Assembly (NCBI GenBank): GCA_023213395.1
Contig: CM041465.1
Span: 229,965,741 to 230,029,740 of the forward strand
Source of the DNA: Cycas panzhihuaensis
Taxonomy: Eukaryota > Plantae > Cycadophyta
Direction of reading: 5' to 3'
DNA length: 64,000 nt
Part shown: positions 42,801 through 55,280 of the stretch, one piece after another
Position numbering within the stretch: position 1 is the stretch's first letter
Layout of the letters: each line of letters starts with the position of its first letter
Notes under the pieces: generated by a model
What the model was told of the DNA's origin: nothing
Database searches by the model: none
What the model saw: the letters and a program-made list of their open reading frames with translations, nothing else
Made by a program: the position numbers and the translations under genes

Positions 42801-43100
42801 ATTATATAATGACTTATAAGAAGGGTAAAGATAATATTAATATTGATGGCCTCTCTTGATTGCCTTTTGGAAATGAGACTCCCCCATAACCTCTTATCTA
42901 TGCTATTTAGACCTCAACCAACTCAGGTAAAGGAGTTAATGACTAAAAACCATGCATAATCAGACTATTTCCAATGGGCTTCTAAATCCTAAAATCACAA
43001 GGATTGGTCCACTCACAATGATCTACTTCTTTATATAAATTATATTTTTATCCACCTGACATCCACCTTTATCCCTCACATCTTAATAGAATAACACTAG
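39850..43100 (+). pseudogene. Truncated Ty3/gypsy gag-PR-RT-RH pseudogene
   Basis: gag SWISKLESYF (~40224); protease VINGGILLNFI (~41075); [19 protein letters not shown] (~41790); RNase H to ~42860; ends at the integrase start. Confidence 0.85.
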
Positions 43101-43779
43101 CATTAAAAGAAGTGTGGGTGATAAAATGGGATAAGGCCATGCCCTTGTGAGATGAACCATGAGTATTTACAAGAAGTTTAATCAAAGTGTCTCTAAGGGT
43201 GAAAGGGAAGCTTTGAATGACTATCTTCCAAGGAGTGGAAGGGGTATAATGAATAAGACTTACTTCAATATTGAGTACATAGTGCTCTAAGTGGGAGAGA
43301 GAAAAACTAAAGATGATCGTATGATTAATGTTGAAGCTACTTGAAGATAACTTATAGGATGTAAAATGTGGATAAAGAGATTATTGAATGCTTGCCTTAC
43401 CAATTGCTTGAGAGCTAAAAAATATATTTAATGGTTAAAAAGCATGGAGAGAATTATTCATTAGATGAAGGAAACGAGAAAAAGTCATAGTACTATGGAT
43501 ATGCCTAACTTGTTTGAAAGTGAAAGAAGTTGCTTGGGTAAAGCATAGTGCTAGATGGAGAAGCTAACCACTTGGACCTATAGCTAAATACCACCACATT
43601 GAATTGAGATAGGGAAGTATAAGGTATTAGGAGGCCCAAGACAAAAAATAAGGCTAAGAAAAGGTGTAAAAGATGGACCTATTTTTATTATTTTGAGATA
43701 TTATTACTATTTTTTCTTTTCTTATATTTATAGAAAATGATATATGTGTATATTATTTATGCTTAATTTTGAAGTGATA

Positions 43780-46700
43780 CACCCCCAAGCACAAGTCGTT
43801 TTGGAGGGGGGGAGTATCCAACTTACCATAGTTTAGGTTCTTTAGTAGTTAGATTTTTGCAGTTGTAGTTTAGGCTTGTTGTAGAGCATAGTTCTAGTTT
43901 AGGCTTCTGGTAGAGCAAGTCATAGTTTAGGCTCATTACAGGGCAATGATAAGTTTAACTATGTGTATTGCTTTCTTAGAAATTGAGAGTTGATTTCCTT
44001 TTGGAATTTAAGGCCATTAAGAATGGATAGGTAGTAATCTCTATTATCTAAGTCTTCAATCACCAAGTAGGGGCTTGTCCACTTGGAATCAAATTTTCGT
44101 TGTTTTCATGTAGATATTTGAGCTTGAGAATTTTGTCTCTTATACAAAATTTTCTTGGTCTGAAAATTTGATCATGGGCTACTTGAGCTTGATTTTTTGA
44201 AGTTAGATTCCTTTGATGGGCTTTAGTATAGGTCTCGTCCATCTTTTCGAGTTCTAATAACCTTGCTTGTCTCAACTACTTCTCATTAGTAAAATGTTTG
44301 AGTAACACTCTCATTGAAAGGATCTTAATTTCTAACAAGAGTATAGCCTCAATCTCATAAACTAAGGAAGAATGGATTATCCTTATTGTAGTTCTAATAG
44401 ACATGTGATAAGCCCACAAAGAAGAAAAAGTTGGGTATGCTGATCTTACTAAGAATCAACAACTATCTTGGCTAGGATTTTTGCCAGTATTTTATTAAAG
44501 ACTTTGATCTCACCTTTTGCTTGTGGGTAATAGGGGGATGACATCCTATAAATGAGATGGAATTTGTCACAGAGCTCATCTATATAGGAGTTATAGGATG
44601 GAGTCCCATTATATATGATAATGATGTCGAGGACCTTAAATATATAAATAATGTATTAAAAGATGAAAGTGGTAACCACCTCTCTTATCATGGTAGTTAA
44701 GGGAACTACCTCACTCCACTTTATGAAATATTTAGTAACAATTAATATGAACTTGTGACTTGTGAAGGATGAAGGATAGATTTTCCCAATATGGTCAAGA
44801 CCCCATTGAGGTAAAGGCCATGGGGTGAGGGTTGATCTTAATGGGATGTATGGATGATGAATAAAAAAGAAACATACTTGATACTTGTCTTATTTTTGTA
44901 CATGTAAATATGCATCTTTAAATAGGGTATGCTAACAATACCCCATTCATAGAATATGTAATATTATAAATTGACCACTAAAGTGGCCATCATAAATTCC
45001 CACATAATATTCAATTAGAGCAACTTGAGCTTCCACATGTGAAAGACATTGGAACAAAACCCTATTAAAGGAATGCTTATACAACACTTCATCTAGGAGG
45101 AGATATTAATGAGCAAACACCTTTACCCATTTTCCTTTTTTAGATTCAACATCAAAAGGATATGTCTAGTCTAAAAGGTAGGCTCAAATATTCTTATACC
45201 AGTTTGTCTTGATGAGAACAACATCAACTTGAAAGATATATTCATCAAAAAGCAAGTCATTAACACCAATATAATTATTATTAGGAAGTGGTGCTACAAC
45301 AAGTTACTTGCCAACAACCATTTCTTTCTTTGACTTGTGATTAACTATCTACAAGTAAAACTCTTAAAATAACAGAGCCCATCTACCCACTTATCTATGG
45401 AGATCAGTTTTGGTATGTAGAAGATGAATTGGATTAGATTGTATAATGATAAGGTTGATGTTGCCTAACATGTAGTGTCATAGTTTTTTAGTAGGGAAAA
45501 CCAAGGCCAAACACTCTTTTTCATATGAAGAGTGGTTAAGTTCTATAGTGACCCAACTACAACTAATAAAGTATATAACTTGCTCCTATGTAAACTCTTC
45601 TTTTTAGGCCAATATAGAACCAAGAGAATCCTCTTTAAAAGAGGTATATAGAATGAACAATTTATTGAAGCATGGTTGGGCAAGTATGGGGGTTGAGATT
45701 AAGTCTTATTTGAACTTATTTGAGATTAAGTCTTATCGTTGCATATCTAGGGTACATTTAATAAAAGTACCCTTTTTAAGGAGGTTAGTAAGGGCCTTAG
45801 CATTGAGGGTAAAGTCAACAAGAAACTGGCATGAGAAACCAAGCCTTCATAAGAAAGATTTAACTTATTTTTGAGTAAGGTGGAGGCATTTCAATGATAT
45901 CTATAACTTTGTGAGGGTTGACCTTAATACCATATCTTGATATGATATTTTAAAGCATCTTTCTAAAACTCACAATAAAAACACATTTATTAGGATTCAA
46001 GCAAAGTTAACACTTTTAGCATCATTTGAAAATAGTTTTAAGGTTATGAATATGATCTTATTGATGATATCATAAGCTTGACATATCATTAAGATAAACT
46101 GTGATAGTGGTTCTTAACAAGTCATGGAAGATAAAGACCATCACTTGCTAGTAAGTCACCCAAATATTCTTAAGGCGAAGTAGCATGACTTTATACACAA
46201 ATATTCCCCAATATGTAGTGAAGGTCTATTTATAGAGGTCCTCATGGGAGATGAGGATTTGATTGTAACCCAAAACGTTATTTATAAGGGACATCACTTT
46301 GAATCTAGTTGTTTGATCCCAGATCTAATTGATAAGGGGCAAAGGAAAGTTATCCTTAGGGTAGGAGTCATTGACATCATGAAAGTTAATATAATATAGA
46401 TATAAACATTTTTAATAATGATAAGGATGGTATTGGATATCCATTGGGAGTAATCTATTGATTTAATAAAACCTACATTTAGGAGCCTTTCTACTTTTTA
46501 TTTAAAAGAAATAGAAAGGTGAGGGTGAATAAGCCTCTATTTTTGGCACTTGGGTTTGGACCTAAGTATAGTAGTGATGTTACAAACCATAACATTAGGA
46601 TGTAGGCCCTTTGTGTCCATGTAGTCCCATACAAAAATGGAGAATAACTCAATAAAAAGGTCTTGTAACTATTGCATCTCTGAAAGAGAACAACTAGCAC

Positions 46701-48377
46701 CTACTTTAATTATCTAAGGCTCTTCTAGAGTTTTGATATTGACATCAATGGTATCTTTGACAAATATGGTGTTTCCTTCCTCAAAGTGAGGAGGGGCTAG
46801 TTTGAGTGGTAATGAAGGAGAAGTGGTGTCACAATCTTTGGTTGATAAAACTGAGTTGGGATGGATGCATTTAGTGAAACCAAGATTGTGATGGTTAGGT
46901 GAAAAGTTAGAGAAGGTTGTTACCAAATGTTCAAGAATAGTCTCATCATTCTCAAAATGATTAATGTGGAGGATGTTCTTAGAGACTGAGTCCTTATCAC
47001 AGGGGGAAGCATGGGGAAGTTAACCTAAAGGGTTTGATCCTTGTGATAAAGATGTAGGAGTATAAGAAATAATATCCACAAGAGTAGAAATCACTTATGA
47101 AGGGGTCATTTAGACATGGAAACTTTAATTATATTGAGCTAGTAAATTGAATTAAGACTCCATACTTGGTTGAGGTATAATGTGATTAAGGGAATTGATA
47201 ATTAAGGATGAAGTTTCAATTGATTCAATAGGCGAGATAGATTCAATGTGATTACGAGAAAATCTATTATATATGAAAGTAATGATGATCATGTGAATTA
47301 ATTTTACTTCCTCCTAATTATGTTAGAGCATAGATTTTGTTCCAAAATACTACCCAAACCTTAAAGATATAAATGAAGATGAAGACTCTTCTTCCTCTTG
47401 GATTGCCTTAACCAATGGGAAAAACATTTAAATAGGTTTTCTCTTATGCTTAATAACTTTAAGCTCACCTTCATGGGAAAACTTAAGTTTACCAAATAAT
47501 AAGGAATATACTACTGACATTTGACTAATCTACAATCAACCCAACAACATATTAAACTCAAGGTCAAAGTCAGTGATGGTGACTTCTACCATAATAGTCA
47601 TACTTGCTAAAGTAATAGGGAGAGTAACTTAGCCAATCAGGGTCTTCTAATTCTTATCATAGCCTTAACAAACCTAATCAATTGGCTTATAGGCTGAGAT
47701 CCCCAAATCTTCTAGGAGGCATAGAGGGATAACATTAATAGAAGAACCTTTATCTACTATACACCTCCTAATTTTCATGTCATCTTGCATGATCTTAATG
47801 TAGAAGGGGATGATCTCATTGTGATTTCTCTCTTCCTCATTAGGCAATATGGTGGGATTAAAGATCAAAGTGGGGTTACTAGGTGAATTAGGCCTAGGGA
47901 CTCCAAGAGTATTGAGAAGAAGTTGTCTTTGATCTAGGCAGTTCTTCAACAAATCTATGATTGAGATTCCAACAAGAATAGTTTTTAGTTCCTCCATAAG
48001 TGAGAAAGAGCCCTCCTTGGAGTATTGTGGTATAGATCTAAAGTGAATAACCTTGATAGGAAATTAAGGAGGGGGATCTAAAGGCTTGTTCTTAGATAGG
48101 AAATCCCTATCAAAGGCCTTTGTTGAGGTAGAGGCTTTGTAAGCTTTCACCATGTTAAAGGTTTTCTTAGGTATTTCCCTTATTACATGTGGTTTATTTT
48201 GAGCATAAGCCTTTTAAGGATCACATCTTTTAGGGGGAGAACTTTTAGTTGCATGCTTGCTGTTAGAGTTTAAGGAGTCATTATGGTCTTAAGCTTTAAG
48301 CTTACCTTTATGTTTGGAAGCCTTCTTTATATGGCTAGGTAATAGAACTTATGGATCAACTAGTCTTAATTGGGCCT
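43780..48377 (-). mobile_element. Tat/Ogre-like (non-chromovirus) Ty3/gypsy element: gag end, PR, RT, RH, INT, 3' UTR, PPT
   Basis: Protease IVDKGSSINVIP (ORF 47674..47997); RT and RH motifs; integrase PWPLPQWGLDHIGKI and RQARLLELEKMDE; PPT GCTTGGGGGTG at 43780-43790. Probable 3' LTR to the left (~43100-43779). Confidence 0.85.
43827..43946. repeat. Short tandem repeats (4 copies of TAGTTTAGG core, 28-37 bp spacing) in the 3' UTR of the Tat-like element
   Basis: Cores at 43829, 43866, 43895 and 43923. Confidence 0.8.
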
Positions 48378-48382
48378 AGAAG

Positions 48383-49396
48383 TGATCCATTTTCGGATCT
48401 TTAATTTCATAATACTCTTAAAATGCCTTGTTTTTCATGTTTGTAACCTTTATTTAGTAGAAAAATTCCATTGAGATGCTTAAAAAATGCAAAAAAAGGT
48501 GAAACCAAGTGGACTACAAATGCAACTAAGTACAACCAGGTGGTCTACAAGTGCAACTGCAAGTGTAACCAATGCAGACTATAGAAAACAGAAAACGGAA
48601 AAATAAAAAAATGACAGTAATTTTGACGGGGAAAATGGAATCTGTTTTGCATGGAATTTTAGGAGGACATTCTTACAGGTGTCCTCTATGCAATAAAAGA
48701 GAAAAATCCCTTGATTAAACAGATTTAAAAGGGTTTTTTTAAAACAATTTATGAATCCATTGAAGAACTAAAAACATAAAAAATCGTTGAGGAAGAAACT
48801 ATGCACCGTAGGGTTTTAAAACTATGAGATTTCTTCACAGAAGACATGGAAGGATTCCCAACATCCATAAACGCAGTAAGAGGAGCAAGATTCAAGGAAA
48901 GTTGATCCAAAATACCCTTTCGAAAAGAAAGAACGGCTCCAAGACAGAAAATTTATGTAGGAGAGAAAGAAGAAATGAAAATACAAACAAATAGAAGGAG
49001 CAACAAAACAACGCCTAGATCTGTTCATGGGGGTAGTGAAGGAGCCCAAGAAGGCATAGTTCTAGTTGAGGGAAGAAAAAAAATAGCCGTAGTAGTCCAA
49101 GGAAGAGATGCTGATACAATTCTTCTCCAAGAAAAGGGTTTTTTTTGGTTATCGGCAACCAAAACTTCATGCATAGTTCGTTGGTAGTGGTTCCAAAGTA
49201 CATATAGTAGCCCATAATGCACCCATCACTCATTTCTTCTCTCCCAATTTTCTGTAACAGTCCTATGCATGCTCAATAGAGCACAAACATAAGGAATTTT
49301 GTAAGAAAAATTTTAAATATCTTCAAATTAATATAATATAATTGTAAATTTATTTCGATTAGATTAAGTCTTTACTTTTCCATTCAAATTCGATCA
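48383..49396 (+). repeat. 5' LTR (1014 bp)
   Basis: Aligns to 54132-55275. Confidence 0.95.
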
Positions 49397-49402
49397 AATA
49401 TT

Positions 49403-49414
49403 TGGTATCAGAGC
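49403..49414 (+). promoter_or_regulatory. tRNA-Met PBS
   Basis: Exact TGGTATCAGAGC. Confidence 0.95.
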
Positions 49415-49581
49415 TAGTTTTCTTGAAATACTTGGGAATTTAGGGATTTTTAAAGAGAAAAGAAAAGAAAACCCTCTTGCTTTAGTTATGAAAAGTTTTT
49501 ATGAAAACTAGATTTCAGTATTTGTTGACAGGTGAACCTTTAATCGAACTGCTTGAGAAAGAACGTAGACAGTGAAGGAAG

Positions 49582-52500
49582 ATGGCTGAGCCAGAGAAAA
49601 ATATGGAGGAAAGGTTCATGAAGATGGAGCAAAACCTCGACAGCCTAACCCAACTTGTGGCGCAACTAGTCTCTCAACAAGTTACAACTTCTTCAACTGC
49701 CAAAAGTATAAAGAAGGAAGAAGATGAACTGATGAAAGAGGAAATAAATGAAGAGATGGTAGAAGACCAACAAGAAGAGGAAGAAGATAGCAATCCATTA
49801 GTAATAACACATCCATTTAAGATAGAGGCAAAACTTGAACTTCCCATCTATGATGGAACCTTAGATGCTAAAAAGTTAGATGGTTGGTTGGACCAACTAG
49901 AAACATATTTTTCCATTTATGGGTATAAAAACCAGCAAAAAATTACTTTTACTAAGTTAAAATTGTCTAAACATGTATTAGTTTAGTGGGACGTCTATCT
50001 TAAATCCCATAGTGTAAATGAAATTACCTGGCAACAATTTAAAATCCTCATAAAGAAGTAATTTTATCCTATTGGGTATGAAGAGCAACAGAGGATTAAA
50101 TGGTAATATTACTGACATGAAAGAGGCTTAAATGTCTAAGATTACACAATAGAATTTTAAAAGCAAGCTGTTGTGTTGGGCATCTCTTTACTGGGTAAAG
50201 ACATAATGCTGAAGTATATTGGAGGGCTGCACTAGCATATTCAACAAGAACTTTAACTATTTGAAGTTAAATTACTTAATGAAGCTAGCAAGAAGGTGAT
50301 TGCCATAGAAAAGAGGAATAAGAAGGTTTTTACTGAGAGGAAATTGTTTGCACCTCAAGAAGGTAATAACAAACCTGCCCAAGGAAAGAGGTTTCCAGGT
50401 AAAGTTAGACAACAACCCATTAGGGGTTTTGGCAAGAAGAAATAAGTCAATACCACCCAAATTAAAGTCACTTGTACTCATTGTAAGCGAGCGGGTCATA
50501 ACATAGAAGATTGTTGGTTCCTACACCCAAAGAAACGACCCAAGAACAAGGGAAAAGGTAAAGTTAAAACTAAAGGTAAATCTTTACTTAACTCTGTGGG
50601 TGATAAAGATGTTTGTGGCCTTGAAAGAGCCAATGAGAAGCTGATGCTCATGGCTAATGTAGAGCCTAAAAATAACCATCAACAAGTTGATCCAAAGATT
50701 AGAGATGAGCTCTTCATGGTAAGAATCCAAGTGAAGCAAAGTATGGTTAATGCCATCTTTGATGGATGAAGCCAAAAGAATTTAATCTCAGAGGCATTGG
50801 TAAAGAAACTGGGATTAAAAATGCATGCACATCCAAAGCCATATCCTCTTGGATGGCTGCAAAAAGATTCAGAGTCGTAGGTTACTCACCAATGCAAGTT
50901 TAAATTTGTAATATCTGAAAAGTTCATTGATAAAGTTGAATATGAGGTAGTTCCTTTGGATGTTTGTCAAGTTGTGTTTGGTAGCCCATATCTCTATGAT
51001 AGAGATGGAGTTTATCATAAGAGTCTGAGAAATATTTGACTCATCAAGGACATGAAATCATATCTAATCAATGCATCAAAGCCACAAAAGAAGATCTCTC
51101 TCATATCTTCCCAATAAGCGAAAAGATTGATTAATGCTTGTAGGAGGTTTATGCTGCTGATGATAAAGTAAAAGGTGGAAGAAAAAGAGCAAGCAGAGTC
51201 CTCAACATAGGTGCTGGATAGGAAGCAAGTGCAATAGATTGAAGGCCTAAGGAATAGGTATAATGGCATATTCCAAGAGCTAAAAGGGCTGACCCCTAAA
51301 AGGGCAATTAAACATGAAATCCAGCTAGTTGCTGATTCACCTTTGCCAAATTTTAGTCTATACCAAAACTCAGTTTTGGAGAATGAAGAGATTAAAAGGT
51401 AGATTCAGGAACTCTTGGAACAAGAATTGATCAAGCCAAGTTATTCCCCATGTAGTTCACCTATTGTTTTGGTACTAAAAAAAGATGGAGGATGGAGAAT
51501 GTGAATTGACTACTGGGCTTTGAACAAGATCACCATAAAGAATCAACATCCCTTACCATGGATAGATGACTTATTGGACCAACTGCAGTCAGCAAGATAT
51601 TTTAGCAAATTGGACCTAAAATCAGGCTACCATCAGGTTCGAATCTGAGAGGAGGATACTTGGAAGATAGCCTTCAAATCGAAGCAAGGGTTATTCGAAT
51701 GGTTGGTGATGTCATTTGGTCTATGCAACGCACCTGCCACCTTCATGAGGTTGATGAATGAGGTATTAAGACCCTTCATTGATGACTTTGTAATTGTTTA
51801 TCTAGATGATATTCTGATTTTTAGTTATACTTGGGAGGAGCACCTCCAACATGTCGAGCAACTGCTCAAAGTTCTCCAAGAACAATAATTGAGACTCAAT
51901 ATGAAGAAGTATGAGTTTGGAAAGCAATCTCTCGTCTTCTTAGGTTTCGTGGTTGGAGGAGGAGAATTGAAGATTGACTTAGCAAAGATTAAAGTTATTC
52001 TCAATTTGCCCACACCCAAGATAACCACAGAGGTAAGAAGTTTCATTGGTGCATGTCAATATTTAAGAAAATATGTTTTCAGATTCTCTCAAATTATAGC
52101 ACATCTTCATACATCAACGAGAGGACATATAAAGTTTCATTGGGAGAATGAACAAGAAAAAACTTTAAGGCTTTTGAAGCAGAAAATTTATAAGGCACCA
52201 ATGTTAGCTTTACCCTTGTTGCAAAAACCATTTGAATTGGAGACTGATGCTTCAGGCTATGCCATGGGAGTAGTGTTGAAGCAAGAAGGAAGACTGATAG
52301 CATACCATTTAGAGACATTTAACGGAGCTGTCATAAACTACCCAACTTACGATAAGGAGCTCTATGCATTGCACCAAGTGGTCAAGCATTGGAGACCATA
52401 TTTGTTGGGAAAATAGGTAGTCATTCACACTGACCATAAGCCTTTACAATTCTTACAGACTCTGTCCAAATTGCAGCAAGTTAGGCACATGAAGTGGATG

Positions 52501-54092
52501 TTCTATTTGTAGCAGTTTCACATCATGGTTAAGTACAAGAAAGGAACGACAAATAAAATTGCAGACTTGCTATCTAGACCTTCTCAATAGCAAGGTATTT
52601 TTAGTTTGTTGGTAGCTATGTAATTTCAACATTTTTGCCATGATGAATATGTTGATTTGTACTTGAAAGATGAGGGATTCAAGCCTATATTTGAGCAGCT
52701 ACAACAAGGAAAAGTAGTTGCTAATTTCTAGCTGAAAGATGGCCTTCTCTTCAAGTAAGATAAGATTTACATTCCAAAGCATGTAGATTGAATAAAGTGG
52801 ATAAGAAAAGCTCACACCTCTCAAGTTGCAGGACACTTTAGAGTGGGAAAGACATTACTAAACTTGTAGTGATATATGTATTGGCCAAATATGCAGCAAG
52901 ATGTGACTACAGTAGTACGAGGGTGTATATTATGTAGCACATCAAAGTTGATCAATAGGAAGTTTGGATTGTATATTCCACTTCCTGTTCCATCACGACC
53001 ATGGAAGAGTATCTCCATGGATTTCTTTGGAGGACTACCACAAATCAAAAATGGTATGGATTACTTGTTTGTAGTTTTTGATCGGTTCAGTAAAATGGTG
53101 ATGTTGATTCCCTGTAAAAAGACACATACATGAGAAGACATAGCTAGATTATTTTTCTAACATATTTGGAAGCATTTTAGACTTCCCAACTCAATTATTT
53201 CTAATCGAGATAGCAGATTTCTGAGTCATTTTTGGCAAATGCTTTGGGAAATGATGGATATGAAGCTGAAGATGAGCATGACTTTTCATTCTCAAACAGA
53301 TAGCTAAACTAAAGTCGTCAACATGACATTGGTACAACTGTTACAAGGATACAATGCCAAGTATCTTAGGACTTGGGATGAAAGTCTCCCATACTTGTAA
53401 TTTACCTTCAATAGAGCTATCCATAGCTCAACCTAGAAATCACCATTTGAGGTATGTTTTGGATTTTTGCCTATAAGTCTTTTTGATCTAGAATTTTTTA
53501 CTCAACTTTCTGCAAGAAATGGAAAGGAGGAAGAAGAAGATGAAAAGACATAAAGATTCTTGGAAAGAATAAGAAAAATCCATCAACAGGTTGAAGAGTA
53601 GCTTTAAAAATCTCAACAGAGGTATAAATAGAGGCATGATGCACATAGAACCAACCATTCCTTTAAGGAAGAAGATAGAGTTTGGTTACACCTCAGTAAG
53701 AAACGATTGCAAGGTGAAGGTAAAAATCTAAAGCCTGTAAGTTATGGTCCTTTTACAATCTTAAAGAAGATTAGGGAAAATGCTTTCTAGCTTGAACTTC
53801 CAGAATTCATGAAGATGTATTCTGTAGTGAATGTTGAGAATCTGAAGATGTTCAAGCCATCCATGTTGGATGAAGATGAAGATGGAGTTCCACTGTTACC
53901 AAATCTAGAGGAGTTACGAATAGAGAAAGAGGAACTAATACAAAATGATTGCATTCTTCAAATGAAGTAGACCAAGACTCGAAGAGGCACAATCGAGTCC
54001 TTCAGAATTATAGAAAAAGGATAAGTACCCAGCAAGGCAAAATGGTATAATAGGAAAAAAGGGAAAGTCAAATTCCCTTATCTACAACTATA
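49582..54092 (+). pseudogene. gag-pol pseudogene (CCHC knuckle, PR, RT, RH, INT, divergent chromodomain-like tail)
   Basis: ORFs 49582..49986, 51703..51888 (VYLDDILIF), 51889..52416 and 52876..53133; CTHCKRAGHNIEDC at ~50473; premature stops mostly at Gln/Arg/Trp positions. Confidence 0.95.
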
Positions 54093-54131
54093 AAGTTCAT
54101 GAGGCCATAAACTCCTAAAAAAGGGGAGTTC

Positions 54132-55275
54132 TGATCTGTTTTCAGATCTTTAATTTCATAATACTCTTAAAATGCCTTGTTTTTCATGTTTGTAACCTTT
54201 ATTTAGTAGAAAAATGCCATTGAGATGCTTAAAAAATGTAAAAAAATATGCAACTAAGTGGACTACAAGTGCAACCAAGTGGACTACAAGTGCAAGTAAG
54301 TACAACTGGGTGGTCTACAAGTGCAACCAAGTGACTACAAGTGTAACCAAGTGGACTACAAGTGTAACTAAGTACAACCGGGTGGTCTACAAGTGCAACT
54401 GAGTAATCTACAAGCGTAACTACAAGTGCAACCAATGCAAACTGTGGAAAATAGAAAATAGAAAAACCAAAAAATGACAGTGATTTTGATGGGGAAAATA
54501 GAGTCCATTTTATACAAAATTTTAGGAGGACATTCTTACATGTGTCGTCTATGCAATAAAAGAGAAAAACCCCTTGATTAAATGGATTTAAGTGGGTTTT
54601 TTTAAAACCGTTTATGAATTCATTGAAGAACTAAAAATAGAAAAAACCGTTGATGAAGAAACTACATACCACAGGGTTTTAAAACTATGAGATTTCTTCA
54701 CAGAAGACATGGAAGGATACCCAACAACCATAAATGTAGTAAGAGGAGTAAGATTCAAGGAAAGTTGATCCAAAATAACTTTCCAAAAAGAAAGAACAGC
54801 TCTAAGACAGAAAATCTACAAGGAGAGAAAGAAGAAACGGAAGTGCAAACATAAATATACAGAAGGAGCGACAGAACAACGCCCAGATCTATTTGTGGGG
54901 GTAGTGAAGGAGCCCAAGAAGGCATAGTTACAGCCGGGGGAAGAAAACAAATAGCCACAATAGTCCAAGGAAGATACGCTAATGGAATTCGTCTCCAAGA
55001 AAAGGGTTTTTTTGGTTATCGAAAACCAAAACTTCATGCATAGTTTGTTGGCAGTGGTTCCAAAGAATGTATAGCAGCCTAGAATGCACCTAACACTCAT
55101 TTCTTCTCTCCCAATTTACTATAACAGTCCTATGCATGCTCAATAGAGCACAAACATAAGGAATTTTATAAGAAAAATTTTAAATATCTTCAAATTAATA
55201 TAATATTATTGTAAATTTATTTTGGATTTGTTTCAATTGGATTAAGTATTTACTTTTCCATTTAAATTCAGATCA
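54132..55275 (+). repeat. 3' LTR (1144 bp)
   Basis: Aligns to 48383-49396; longer mainly because of extra minisatellite units. Confidence 0.95.
54249..54440 (+). repeat. LTR-internal minisatellite (10/11/21-bp units, CAAGTGCAACCAAGTGGACTA)
   Basis: ~190 bp here versus ~70 bp at 48504-48575 in the 5' LTR. Confidence 0.9.
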
Positions 55276-55280
55276 AGAAG

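Larger units (their letters stand above)
48383..55275 (+). mobile_element. Full-length Ty3/gypsy (CRM-related) LTR retrotransposon, least decayed in the window, nested in the Tat-like gag
   Basis: LTRs 48383-49396 and 54132-55275 with TGATC...GATCA ends; perfect TSD AGAAG; canonical PBS 49403-49414; PPT ~54117-54128. Confidence 0.96.

Noticed and set aside
48822-49233. Several 65-75 aa ORFs, and their counterparts at 54755-55100
   Set aside because: They lie inside LTRs and their frames are not conserved between the two LTR copies.
54214-54435. Repeat array as CRISPR or as a TKWTTS-repeat protein
   Set aside because: Head-to-tail minisatellite without unique spacers, inside an LTR, in eukaryotic DNA with no cas genes.
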